Source: Bacillota bacterium (GTDB lineage Bacteria; Bacillota; UBA4882; UBA8346). Taken from it: a stretch of DNA of 32,000 nt. The position numbers were made by a program, and so were the translations under genes. This document shows, piece by piece, positions 7,153 through 15,172 of the stretch. The notes below the pieces were generated by a model, which searched no databases, had not been told where the DNA came from, and saw only the letters and a program-made list of their open reading frames with translations. Position 1 is the stretch's first letter. Each line of letters starts with the position of its first letter. The stretch spans positions 30,682 to 62,681 of the forward strand of contig JAEZFP010000026.1 of NCBI GenBank assembly GCA_023417475.1, in the 5' to 3' direction.

Positions 7153-10100
7153 ATGACAAACATAAAACGCTATGCGAAACTGCTGTTGGTTGGAGCGGGA
7201 CCGATCGTCATCGGTCAAGGAAGCGAGTATGATTATGCGGCGGTTCAGGCCGCGCGTTATTTGCGGTCGCAAGGGTGCGAATTGGTGGTCGCCGACAGCA
7301 ACGCCGCCGCGCTTTTGGCGGACCGGGACGAAGCGGAGCGGACTTATTTGGAGCCGTTGACCGCGGATATTTTGGAACAGATCATTATCAAAGAGCAACC
7401 TGACGCCATCGTTACGGTTTTTGGGGGCCAAACCGCGTTAAACTTGGGGTATCAGTTGGAATCGTCCGGGGTTCTCAAACGGTATCATGTTGCGCAGCTG
7501 GGGCCGTCGGCCGGGGTTTACGAACAGACGGTCGATCCGGCCCAATGCCATCAATTGCTCCAACAACTGGGATTGGCGACCCATTCCTGTTATACGGTGA
7601 CTACGATTGGCGCCGGGATGGAACAAGGACGACAACTGGGATTCCCGGTCGTAGTCCGCAGTATTGGAGCCCAGGAAGGCGCGGGAGTTTGCATCGCGTA
7701 TAATCAGGAAGAACTGGAAGACCTCTTGGAACGGGCTTTTAAACTGTCGCCCATGGGGAAAGTGGCGGTGGAAGCGGCGCTGTTGGGTTGGGTTGAGGTC
7801 GAGTTGGAGTTGCTCCGCGATCTGAAAGGACAATCGCGGATTGTAACGGTGCTGGAAAATATCGATCCGGTTGGCGTACATAGCGGGGACAGTCTGAGTG
7901 TGATTCCGCCGTTCGGCCTTGACGCCGCGCGCCAGGCCGAGCTTGGGGAGCTGGCGCAGCGGATCGGCGCTGCCTTGGGTGTCGTTGGTTTATTCAATCT
8001 GCAATTAGCGGTTTCGCCCCGGACGGGGGAGATCCGGGTGATCGAGCTGAATCCCAGGTTTACCTTTACGGGACTTTTGGCGGCCCGGGCGACCGGATGG
8101 CCGTTGCCGGAGTTAACCATCCAGTTGCTGCTGGGGGCGGAATTGACGGAATTGCCGCTGCCAACCGCGCCGGCAACGACGTCGGTCATGGTCAAACTGC
8201 CCCGTTATGATCTGGCGAAGTTTCCGGAAGCGGAGACGTTATCCGGTTCCGCGATGCGTTCGCTTGGGGCGGCGGTGGGTTTCGGGCTCGAATTTAAAGA
8301 AGCGTTGCAAAAGGCGGTTTTTTCCTTGGAAAACGGTCGGGCCGGATTGGGTTCCGACGGGTTGGAACCGTCCGAACCGCAATTGACGCCGCGGTTGATC
8401 CGGGAAAAGATCATCAGTCCCGGTCCGGAACGGCTTTACTATCTCTACGCGGCGATCAAAAAAGGCTACTCTCTGACAGAACTGGAGCAACTCACGCAGT
8501 TGAGCGCCTGGTTCCTCAAGGAACTGAAAGAACTGGCCGTTTGGGAGAAAGAGTTAACTACCTACGCATTGTACAATCTGCCGGCCGACGGCTTTTTAAA
8601 AGCAAAACGCTGGGGTTTTTCCGATCTTCAGTTAGCTTATGTGCTCCGTACCACCGAGCGGGAGGTTCGCAAGAAACGGACCGGTTTGGGAGTCCGCCCC
8701 CGTTGGGTCGCCCTTTGGTCCCCGGAAGAGCCCGGAACTGCGGGGGTTTGGTTCTCCAGTTACGGCGAAACGACTTCCGAGTTTAATAAAACCGGGGCCG
8801 CGCCGTATCTCGTCCTGGGGTCCGGTCCCAATCGGATCGGCGCCGGGGCCGAGCAGACGTACTTGCTGGCGAAAGCGGTTGCGGCGCTGTCCGGGCAAGC
8901 CGCGACGGTTTTGGTGGATTCCAATCCGGCAACGGTCGGCGGCGATCCGGTTCAAACCGCGATCTTTTTCGAACCGTTGCAGTTCGAGCAGATTGCCAAT
9001 ATTGTCGAGCTGACGGGGACAACCGGAATTATCAGCCAGTTCGGCGGCGCGGCTGCAAGCAAATTAGTCGTTTCCCTCGGCAAGGCCGGCTTCCCGCTGC
9101 TTGGTCGGACGGAGCAAAACATAACCGGTTTGGGGGCTTTGGAACGTTTGCGCGAGCAAGGGATCAGGCAACCGGAACGCCATCAGGTGGACGATCTTGA
9201 ACAGCTGTTGCGGGTTGCCAAAACGCTGGGTTATCCGTTGCAGGTGCGGACCGAGGATGGCGGTTGGGCGGAGGTTATTTTCAATCCGGAAGCCTTGCCG
9301 GGATGTTTTGAACCAAGTAAACATGGCGCAAAATACCCGGTTTATCTTGAAAAATATCTTGATAACGCCATCGGCGTCGCCGGCGATTTCCTGTCCGACG
9401 GGACCACCGCGGTGTTGGTCGCGGTGATGGAACATATCGAAGAGGCGTCCATTCACACCGGGGACAGCGCGTTATCGTTCCCCCCGTATACAGTGGGGGA
9501 AGCGGATCTGGAGACAATCCGGCGGGTTGGGACAGCGGTCGCCAAACAACTGGAGCTTACAGGGTTGTTTCATTTGAAGTTCGGAATCTGGCATGGTGAT
9601 GTTTACCTGCTGCAATTGGAAGTGGGAGCCGGTTTGACTACTCCGTTTGCGGAAAAAACCACGGGGATGCCGTTGATTGCGGCGGCGGTCCGGACCCTGT
9701 TGGGCGTCGACCTTGCCGGAATGCAATTTATTCCGGAAGTGCCCCGATTTACAATGGTGAAAGAAGCGATGTTGCCATTTGATCGTTTCCCCGGAGTGGA
9801 CCCGATCCTCGGACCGGAGATGCGTTCAACCGGTTCGGCGTTGGGCGTGGCGGCGGAATTCGGTTCGGCCTTTATTAAAGCGCAATTGGCAGTGGGAGCG
9901 GACATTCCGACCGCCGGCGCGGTATTTATGAGTATCCGCGAGGAAGACCGGCGGTCGTTCATTCCGATCGCCAAACAATTGAGGAGCTTGGGATTTGATA
10001 TTGTCGCCACGGAGGAGACCGCCCGCCTGTTGGAACGGCAGCAGATTGACTGCCGGATTGTCCTGCGGATCAGCGAGGGCCGTCCCAATATTCTCGATGA

Positions 10101-10302
10101 GTTGAAGAATGGCCGGGTTCAATGGATTATCAGCATTCCCTCGGGCCCCCGGACTACGGTTGAAGAACGGTTGATTCGTACCACCGCGGCCAAACGGGGA
10201 ATTCCGATCATTACCACGGTCGCCGGGGCATTGGCGGCAGTGGCGGGTTTGGACTATTGTCAACCTGTCAAGCTACGGATCAAGCCGCTGCAAGATTATT
10301 AA
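7153..10302 (+). CDS. carB: Carbamoyl-phosphate synthase large-subunit homologue (divergent; no carA adjacent)
   Basis: 1049 aa, collinear with CarB: two ATP-grasp halves (GAGPIVIGQGSEYDY... and GSGPNRIGAGAEQTY...), the oligomerisation region, and a C-terminal MGS-like domain (GAVFMSIREEDRR...GRPNILD). RBS GAAAGGAG. Many normally invariant motifs are altered (see findings). Confidence 0.85.
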   Translation: MTNIKRYAKLLLVGAGPIVIGQGSEYDYAAVQAARYLRSQGCELVVADSNAAALLADRDEAERTYLEPLTADILEQIIIKEQPDAIVTVFGGQTALNLGYQLESSGVLKRYHVAQLGPSAGVYEQTVDPAQCHQLLQQLGLATHSCYTVTTIGAGMEQGRQLGFPVVVRSIGAQEGAGVCIAYNQEELEDLLERAFKLSPMGKVAVEAALLGWVEVELELLRDLKGQSRIVTVLENIDPVGVHSGDSLSVIPPFGLDAARQAELGELAQRIGAALGVVGLFNLQLAVSPRTGEIRVIELNPRFTFTGLLAARATGWPLPELTIQLLLGAELTELPLPTAPATTSVMVKLPRYDLAKFPEAETLSGSAMRSLGAAVGFGLEFKEALQKAVFSLENGRAGLGSDGLEPSEPQLTPRLIREKIISPGPERLYYLYAAIKKGYSLTELEQLTQLSAWFLKELKELAVWEKELTTYALYNLPADGFLKAKRWGFSDLQLAYVLRTTEREVRKKRTGLGVRPRWVALWSPEEPGTAGVWFSSYGETTSEFNKTGAAPYLVLGSGPNRIGAGAEQTYLLAKAVAALSGQAATVLVDSNPATVGGDPVQTAIFFEPLQFEQIANIVELTGTTGIISQFGGAAASKLVVSLGKAGFPLLGRTEQNITGLGALERLREQGIRQPERHQVDDLEQLLRVAKTLGYPLQVRTEDGGWAEVIFNPEALPGCFEPSKHGAKYPVYLEKYLDNAIGVAGDFLSDGTTAVLVAVMEHIEEASIHTGDSALSFPPYTVGEADLETIRRVGTAVAKQLELTGLFHLKFGIWHGDVYLLQLEVGAGLTTPFAEKTTGMPLIAAAVRTLLGVDLAGMQFIPEVPRFTMVKEAMLPFDRFPGVDPILGPEMRSTGSALGVAAEFGSAFIKAQLAVGADIPTAGAVFMSIREEDRRSFIPIAKQLRSLGFDIVATEETARLLERQQIDCRIVLRISEGRPNILDELKNGRVQWIISIPSGPRTTVEERLIRTTAAKRGIPIITTVAGALAAVAGLDYCQPVKLRIKPLQDY

Positions 10303-10343
10303 TAACCTGCCGGGACATCAACGCTGGGCTTGGTTTGCGCGTA

Positions 10344-10373
10344 AAAGACTACTTCTTCGCCGAGGTAGTCTTT
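10344..10373 (+). terminator. Hairpin terminator after the carB-like gene
   Basis: AAAGACTAC-12 nt-GTAGTCTTT followed by GCTGCTTTT. Confidence 0.55.
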
Positions 10374-10586
10374 GCTGCTTTTGAGCGGGGATAAGGTTGC
10401 ATCATGCGGCAATTGTTCCGGCTGATCTGGCAACGGTTTCGGGAATTGGATCGAAATTTAACGTTCGGGCAATAGGAACTGACCAAAGAAAAGCGAATAT
10501 CAAATTAAGGCTTGGTTTATTACAATGAAGCTTGTTTTAAAATCTTCTTAAATTGAAACGTCCGACAATAAACACTGTGAGGAAAT

Positions 10587-11453
10587 ATGGCAAAACGCGT
10601 ACGCTGTTCATATGTTTGCTCAGGAATCGATTATCTGCAACAGATCAAACTGCAGCATTTTGTCGATAAAGATTTTATCGCGGAGACCCCGAGTCAAGTG
10701 ATTAAATGTCACCGTCATGAAGCGTGGCAAATTTGGTTTATTATTGAGGGAAACGTCCAGGCCGAGGTCAATGGGACGGTTATGGATGGGCGTCCGGAGG
10801 ATCTCTTCTTAATCCGGGGCAATGACTTTCATGAGCTGTGGACCAAAGACGGGTCCGGCTGTCATGTGGTGGATATCAAATTTACGTTTAACCCCGAGTT
10901 TATCGGGATCAATCCCTTGGAATTAAAAAGCGTGCGCTTGCGCGAAAAAAGTATCGTGCAGCGCTTGATCGAGAAGATCCTTTTTGAAGTCGGCGACCGT
11001 AAACCGGGTTGGGAATTGATGCTTAATCTGCATTTGGTGGAGTTGGTCGCCCGCACGTTGCGCCGGGCTTATGTTGATAATCAACAGCTGGAGCAGTCGA
11101 AACCTTCGTTGGATCGAACGCTTTACCACCATTTTGTGGTATCCCAGGTTAAAGCGTTTATCGACTCCAACTACAACCGGGAATTGTCCATCAATATCCT
11201 GGCGGAACAGGTTCATCTAAACCCGAAGTATTTAAGCCACATCTTCAAAAAGGTGACCGGCTCGCCGATCAGCCATTATTTGACTGAAACCAGGTTGGCG
11301 AAGGCCAAAGAGTTGTTGCTGGATTCGCACCTGTCAATTAAAGAGATCGCTTTGGAGGTCGGTTATACCGACACCAGTTATTTTGACCGGGTTTTCAAAA
11401 AGATTGAGCGGGTATCCCCAAACGATTACCGGACCCGGGTTTTGGAAGAGTAG
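10587..11453 (+). CDS. AraC/XylS-family transcriptional regulator (cupin sensor + HTH_18)
   Basis: N-terminal cupin-like region (HEAWQIWFIIEG...FHELW). C-terminal double HTH (LSINILAEQVHLNPKYLSHIFKKVTG...SIKEIALEVGYTDTSYFDRVFKK). GAGGAA RBS. Confidence 0.9.
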   Translation: MAKRVRCSYVCSGIDYLQQIKLQHFVDKDFIAETPSQVIKCHRHEAWQIWFIIEGNVQAEVNGTVMDGRPEDLFLIRGNDFHELWTKDGSGCHVVDIKFTFNPEFIGINPLELKSVRLREKSIVQRLIEKILFEVGDRKPGWELMLNLHLVELVARTLRRAYVDNQQLEQSKPSLDRTLYHHFVVSQVKAFIDSNYNRELSINILAEQVHLNPKYLSHIFKKVTGSPISHYLTETRLAKAKELLLDSHLSIKEIALEVGYTDTSYFDRVFKKIERVSPNDYRTRVLEE

Positions 11454-11458
11454 TATTG

Positions 11459-11479
11459 GCCCAAAAATGGATTTTGGGC
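11459..11479 (+). terminator. Weak terminator-like hairpin after the AraC gene
   Basis: GCCCAAAA-ATGGA-TTTTGGGC. The T-tract is only loosely present downstream. Confidence 0.4.
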
Positions 11480-11485
11480 GCTGGA

Positions 11486-11611
11486 TTTGATATTTTGGTA
11501 CCTGAATGGCCAATTCCGGTACTTGGATCTTGAATTTGGGTCGTACGATTTGACATTCCGGTCGTTAAATTGTGAATTCCGGTCGCCGGATCAAATATTT
11601 GGATAGTTGGC
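11486..11611. repeat. Six tandem, exactly phased 21-bp degenerate repeats (candidate regulator-binding array)
   Basis: Units start at 11486, 11507, 11528, 11549, 11570 and 11591. Consensus is roughly tTTGaAATTccGGTcg....ga. The conserved GG falls at 11497, 11518, 11539, 11560, 11581 and 11601 (spacings 21, 21, 21, 21, 20). Confidence 0.6.
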
Positions 11612-11729
11612 GCTAAAATTGAAGCCGTTATATTTCAAATTTTGCTACCTTGCTTGTCATATTAACAAGTTCGCTACGCCAAATTGGAGCGGACAACGGC
11701 TTGGTGGCGAACGAAGCGGTTAAAATGAG

Positions 11730-12698
11730 GTGGTTGTGTTGAAACGGATTTTTTTAGGGGTTATCCTGCTTTTATTGACCGGAACAATTGTATTTGCAAC
11801 TGTGGGGGCGGCGGCCGGGCCGACCCGGGTCGGCGCCTTGTCGGGCATCACCGGTCTCGCCATGGTGAAACTGATGGCGGAACCGGGAAACGACCGCGCT
11901 GCCCAATATGATATTGGGGTTTATAAGAGCCCGGACTTGCTGGCCGCGAAAGTTGTGGCCGGCGAGGAAGATATCGCCACTTTGCCGATTAATACGGCCG
12001 CGATTTTATACAACCGCGGCGTGCCGCTGCAAGTGGTATCAGTGATCGGCTGGGGCGTTTTGTACATCGTCTCCAATGAACCGGCGCTAAAGGGTTGGGC
12101 CGGCTTGAAAGGAAAAGAAGTTTATGTTCCGGCCAAAGGGACCGTACCCGACCTGCTTTTGCGTTATTTGGCCACGAGAAACGGACTGATGCCCGACCGT
12201 GATTTTACCTTGCATTATATTGCCAGTCCGGTCGAATTGGCGCAGTTGGCCGCGACCGGCAAGGCCGGCGTGGCCGTGCTGCCGGAGCCCTGGGTCACGC
12301 AGGTCACGATGGGAAACGGCCGGTACCGGATCGCGCTGGATCTTCAAAAAGAATGGCGGAAGCTTGAACGGCAGTCCCTGACCTATCCCCAATCCTGTGT
12401 GGTGGTTTCTAAAAGACGGCTTGCGAATCCGATGTTTTTGGCGCAGTTTCGGAAGGATTTGGCGGCTTCGATCGGTTGGGTCAATCACCAACCGCAACAG
12501 GCCGGAGTTTTAGCCGAGCGGTTGGTCCAGATTCCCGCCGCGGCAGTCCAAATTGGGATTAAACGTTGCAATCTGAAATACGTTGACGCGGTAAAAGTGA
12601 AAGGCGAGATCAACCGCTTTTTGGAACGGTTGGGTGAAAAAACGCCGGAAGCCATCGGAGGGAAAGTGCCGGATGAAGGGTTTTATTACCAACCGTAA
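11730..12698 (+). CDS. ABC transporter periplasmic substrate-binding protein (NitT/TauT, NMT1/SsuA-like)
   Basis: Signal peptide (LLLLTGTIVFATVGAAAG), then an SBP fold typical of COG0715-type binders (GLAMVKL, LKGKEVYVPAKGTVPDLLLRYL, AVLPEPWVT). First gene of an SBP-permease-ATPase operon. The start is more likely GTG 11736 or TTG 11739 after GAGG. Confidence 0.82.
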   Translation: MVVLKRIFLGVILLLLTGTIVFATVGAAAGPTRVGALSGITGLAMVKLMAEPGNDRAAQYDIGVYKSPDLLAAKVVAGEEDIATLPINTAAILYNRGVPLQVVSVIGWGVLYIVSNEPALKGWAGLKGKEVYVPAKGTVPDLLLRYLATRNGLMPDRDFTLHYIASPVELAQLAATGKAGVAVLPEPWVTQVTMGNGRYRIALDLQKEWRKLERQSLTYPQSCVVVSKRRLANPMFLAQFRKDLAASIGWVNHQPQQAGVLAERLVQIPAAAVQIGIKRCNLKYVDAVKVKGEINRFLERLGEKTPEAIGGKVPDEGFYYQP

Positions 12699-13470
12699 GA
12701 GTTTGACCGGGATTGCCATAGGCCTCTTTGTGTTAATGTGGGGGATTGCGGCGGCGACGCTCCGGTCGCCGCTACTGCTTCCGACGCCTTGGGTTACCTT
12801 GCGGCAGTTGTTTTGGTTAGCCCAATCCACCGATTTCTGGGGGCATCTCAGCGCCAGTCTAGGCCGGGGTTTAACCGGCTTTGGACTGGCTTTTCTGACC
12901 GGAACCATCGTCGGCATGTTAGCCGGCCGTTGTCTTTGGTTTGGGTTTTTGATCCGTCCCGGGCTGGTCTTGTTACGGAGCACGCCGTCGATGTCGTTGA
13001 TCCTCTTGGCCTTGATCTGGTTCAAAGGGGAGTGGGTCGCGTTGTTTGTCATCTTTTTGGTGGTTTTTCCAATGGTGGTTCAGAACATCGTTGAAGGCGT
13101 CCGGCAGGTGGACCCGGTATATTTGGAGTTGGCCAAAGTCTACCGGTTGACTTCGTCCCGGATTGTCAAAGCGATCTATCTACCGGCCTTGGTTCCGTTT
13201 TTGGGAGCGGCGCTCAGCTCCGGCCTGGGCATGACCTGGAAGGTGTTGATCGCCGCGGAAGTCTTGTCCTATCCCAAATGGGGGATTGGAGTGCAAATGG
13301 ATACCGCCCGGGTTTATTTCCAAACCGAGCGGGTTTTTGCTTGGACCTTGATTGTGGTGTTGATCGGTTTGGGTTTTGATTTATTGCTGGAAGCCTGGTT
13401 TGGGCGAATGGTAGCTTGGAGAGGGAGTCATGACGGTTCAAGTCGCAAACATCACCAAACGTTTTCGTGA
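12673..13470 (+). CDS. ABC transporter permease (TauC/SsuC-like)
   Basis: 265 aa, 6 predicted TM segments, BPD_transp_1-type core (LGRGLTGFGLAFLTG...; EAA-like region ELAKVYRLTSSRIVKAIYLPALVPFL). ATG 12673 follows GGAGGG and overlaps the SBP gene's 3' end. Confidence 0.88.
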   Translation: MKGFITNRKSLTGIAIGLFVLMWGIAAATLRSPLLLPTPWVTLRQLFWLAQSTDFWGHLSASLGRGLTGFGLAFLTGTIVGMLAGRCLWFGFLIRPGLVLLRSTPSMSLILLALIWFKGEWVALFVIFLVVFPMVVQNIVEGVRQVDPVYLELAKVYRLTSSRIVKAIYLPALVPFLGAALSSGLGMTWKVLIAAEVLSYPKWGIGVQMDTARVYFQTERVFAWTLIVVLIGLGFDLLLEAWFGRMVAWRGSHDGSSRKHHQTFS

Positions 13471-14137
13471 GTTAACGCTTTACTCCGATTTCAGCTTGGA
13501 GTTACCGGCCGGGCGGATTACGGCGATTTTGGGGCCGTCCGGATGTGGGAAAACAACATTACTCAATATCCTGGCGGGGCTGATTACGGTCGATGCCGGT
13601 ACTGTAACCGCTGAAACTTCGGTCGGTTATATCTTTCAGGAACCCCGGTTGTTGCCGTGGTTGTCGTTGCGCGCCAATTTGGAGCTGGTCTTGGCCGACC
13701 GGATGCCGGTCGCGGAGACCAAAGCAAAGGTGGCGCAGGGGCTCGCCGCAACCGATCTGAGCGACTATGCCGACTATTATCCCAATCAGGTCAGCGGCGG
13801 AATGCGGCAGCGGGCGGCGCTGGCCCGGGCTTTTATTCACCCCTCCGCTTTGCTGCTGATGGATGAACCGTTTCAATCCCTGGACATCAAAACCCACTAC
13901 CAAATGGTCCAACTGTTCCTGCGGTTATGGCGGACCGCGCCCCGGACGGTGGTCACCGTGACTCATTCGATTCAGGAGGCGCTTTGGCTCGCCGACCAAA
14001 TTGTGGTCCTCTCCGCCAAACCGACGCAATTGCTTGAACGCTTTGAAATCGCCGAACCGCAAGAAACCCGGATGACTCATTACGATCGTTTGCAGTCGCT
14101 GGAAGAACGCATAATGCAGGTGCTTTTGAAGAGTTGA
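13430..14137 (+). CDS. ABC transporter ATP-binding protein (TauB/SsuB-like)
   Basis: Walker A GPSGCGKTT, Q-loop, signature VSGGMRQR, Walker B LLLMDEPF, H-loop VTHS. GGAGAGGGAG RBS. 41-nt overlap with the permease gene. Confidence 0.93.
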   Translation: MTVQVANITKRFRELTLYSDFSLELPAGRITAILGPSGCGKTTLLNILAGLITVDAGTVTAETSVGYIFQEPRLLPWLSLRANLELVLADRMPVAETKAKVAQGLAATDLSDYADYYPNQVSGGMRQRAALARAFIHPSALLLMDEPFQSLDIKTHYQMVQLFLRLWRTAPRTVVTVTHSIQEALWLADQIVVLSAKPTQLLERFEIAEPQETRMTHYDRLQSLEERIMQVLLKS

Positions 14138-14332
14138 ACGATTTTTGCATTTGGTGGTGGTATTTAAAAAAGTAATTTTTGGTGGACTGAAGTATTGAAG
14201 ACAATTTGGTTGGTTTGATTTTAAATAGAATTAAAACGTAAAATGGTTGTTTCTGGAACTTGATCGTGATAAAATAGGCATGTTTCCGCGAAAATAGCTG
14301 AAGCATCCAAATTTATTACGAGGGGTGAAAAG

Positions 14333-15001
14333 ATGAAACTCAAATTAATCACAATCGGATTTTTCGTGTTGACGCTTTCATTGACGATCACTAGCAACGC
14401 TTTTGGCGAAACTGAGAACCAACAGTTTTATTTGATGGTTGGCGGGATCAACATGAGCATCGACAGCGATCAATTGGGTAGCGTTTATCGATCAAGCGAT
14501 ACGTCGATAATCGTATTGCTTCCGGAATTGAAAACGGGTAGCGGTTGGAGTGTCGTTTTTGGCGAGCGGATTAACCGGCTGGTCGGCGAGATTGAATATC
14601 AACAATCCAGCCATGACGGCAAGGGTGTGGATATGCAGGCCGATTTTCAAATGCTTGGCGCCAATGTTAAATACCACTTAACGGATCCTGAAAAAGCGCT
14701 TTCGCTCTATTCCAAATTTAGTTACGCCAAACCCTTACTAACAATTGAAGATGCGTATTACAAGTTTGATTCCGTAAATAACTTGATCGATACCGGCGAC
14801 GCCAAGGTAAAAGGAAATACTTACGGACTGGGTCTTGGAGTTTCTTTGAAAGCCTTTTCCCATCTGTATCTTGACGGCGGTGTAACTTACTACCGGAGCG
14901 AGCTGCATCGGATCAAAGTTGACGCTGGAACCTACAAACCGACCCCGTCAATCAAGGGCGACAGCTATGTTTACAACATTAGCTTGAAATACGCTTTTTA
15001 A
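14333..15001 (+). CDS. Small outer-membrane beta-barrel protein (OMP_b-brl/OmpW-like)
   Basis: Sec signal peptide (MKLKLITIGFFVLTLSLTITSNAFG), alternating amphipathic beta-strand pattern, aromatic C-terminus ...NISLKYAF. GAGGGG RBS. Confidence 0.72.
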   Translation: MKLKLITIGFFVLTLSLTITSNAFGETENQQFYLMVGGINMSIDSDQLGSVYRSSDTSIIVLLPELKTGSGWSVVFGERINRLVGEIEYQQSSHDGKGVDMQADFQMLGANVKYHLTDPEKALSLYSKFSYAKPLLTIEDAYYKFDSVNNLIDTGDAKVKGNTYGLGLGVSLKAFSHLYLDGGVTYYRSELHRIKVDAGTYKPTPSIKGDSYVYNISLKYAF

Positions 15002-15021
15002 TTTTTAATCCATTTTATCCC

Positions 15022-15063
15022 AAAAAGAACAACCGGCGCGAAAGCGCCGGTTGTTCTTTTTTT
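15022..15063 (+). terminator. Strong (bidirectional-looking) rho-independent terminator
   Basis: AAAAAGAACAACCGGCGC-GAAA-GCGCCGGTTGTTCTTTTTTT. Confidence 0.88.
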
Positions 15064-15172
15064 ACGGCGATTTAATGACATACCAATGACAGGTGGCTGA
15101 CCTGTCGCATACCATATCAAAGGAAGAGGGTGGCTGGGCGCGAAACCGGTCACTCCGTAAGGAGCTGACGTT

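Noticed and set aside
7111..10263. Numerous 60-160-aa ORFs antisense to or overlapping carB. The same occurs in uxaC, amt, the transposase gene, the ABC genes, asnB and the pil genes.
   Set aside because: They lie wholly inside well-supported genes in GC-rich DNA. They have Arg/Pro/Gly-rich low-complexity translations and no RBS. These are typical shadow ORFs.
10402..10473. 23-aa ORF (MRQLFRLIWQRFRELDRNLTFGQ) between the carB-like gene's terminator and the AraC gene.
   Set aside because: The RBS is weak and there are no supporting signals. It cannot be distinguished from chance.
11612..11729. TPP (THI-box) riboswitch upstream of the NMT1/ThiY-like ABC transporter.
   Set aside because: No CTGAGA or ACCTGATCTGGATAATGCCAGCG-type core elements occur anywhere in 11454-11729.
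15063..15172. T-box or other leader upstream of asnB, suggested by GAGGGTGGCTGGGCGCG, which resembles the T-box GGGTGGTACCGCG.
   Set aside because: The leader is only about 110 nt, too short for a T-box. There is no specifier-loop or terminator/antiterminator architecture, and the match is imperfect.
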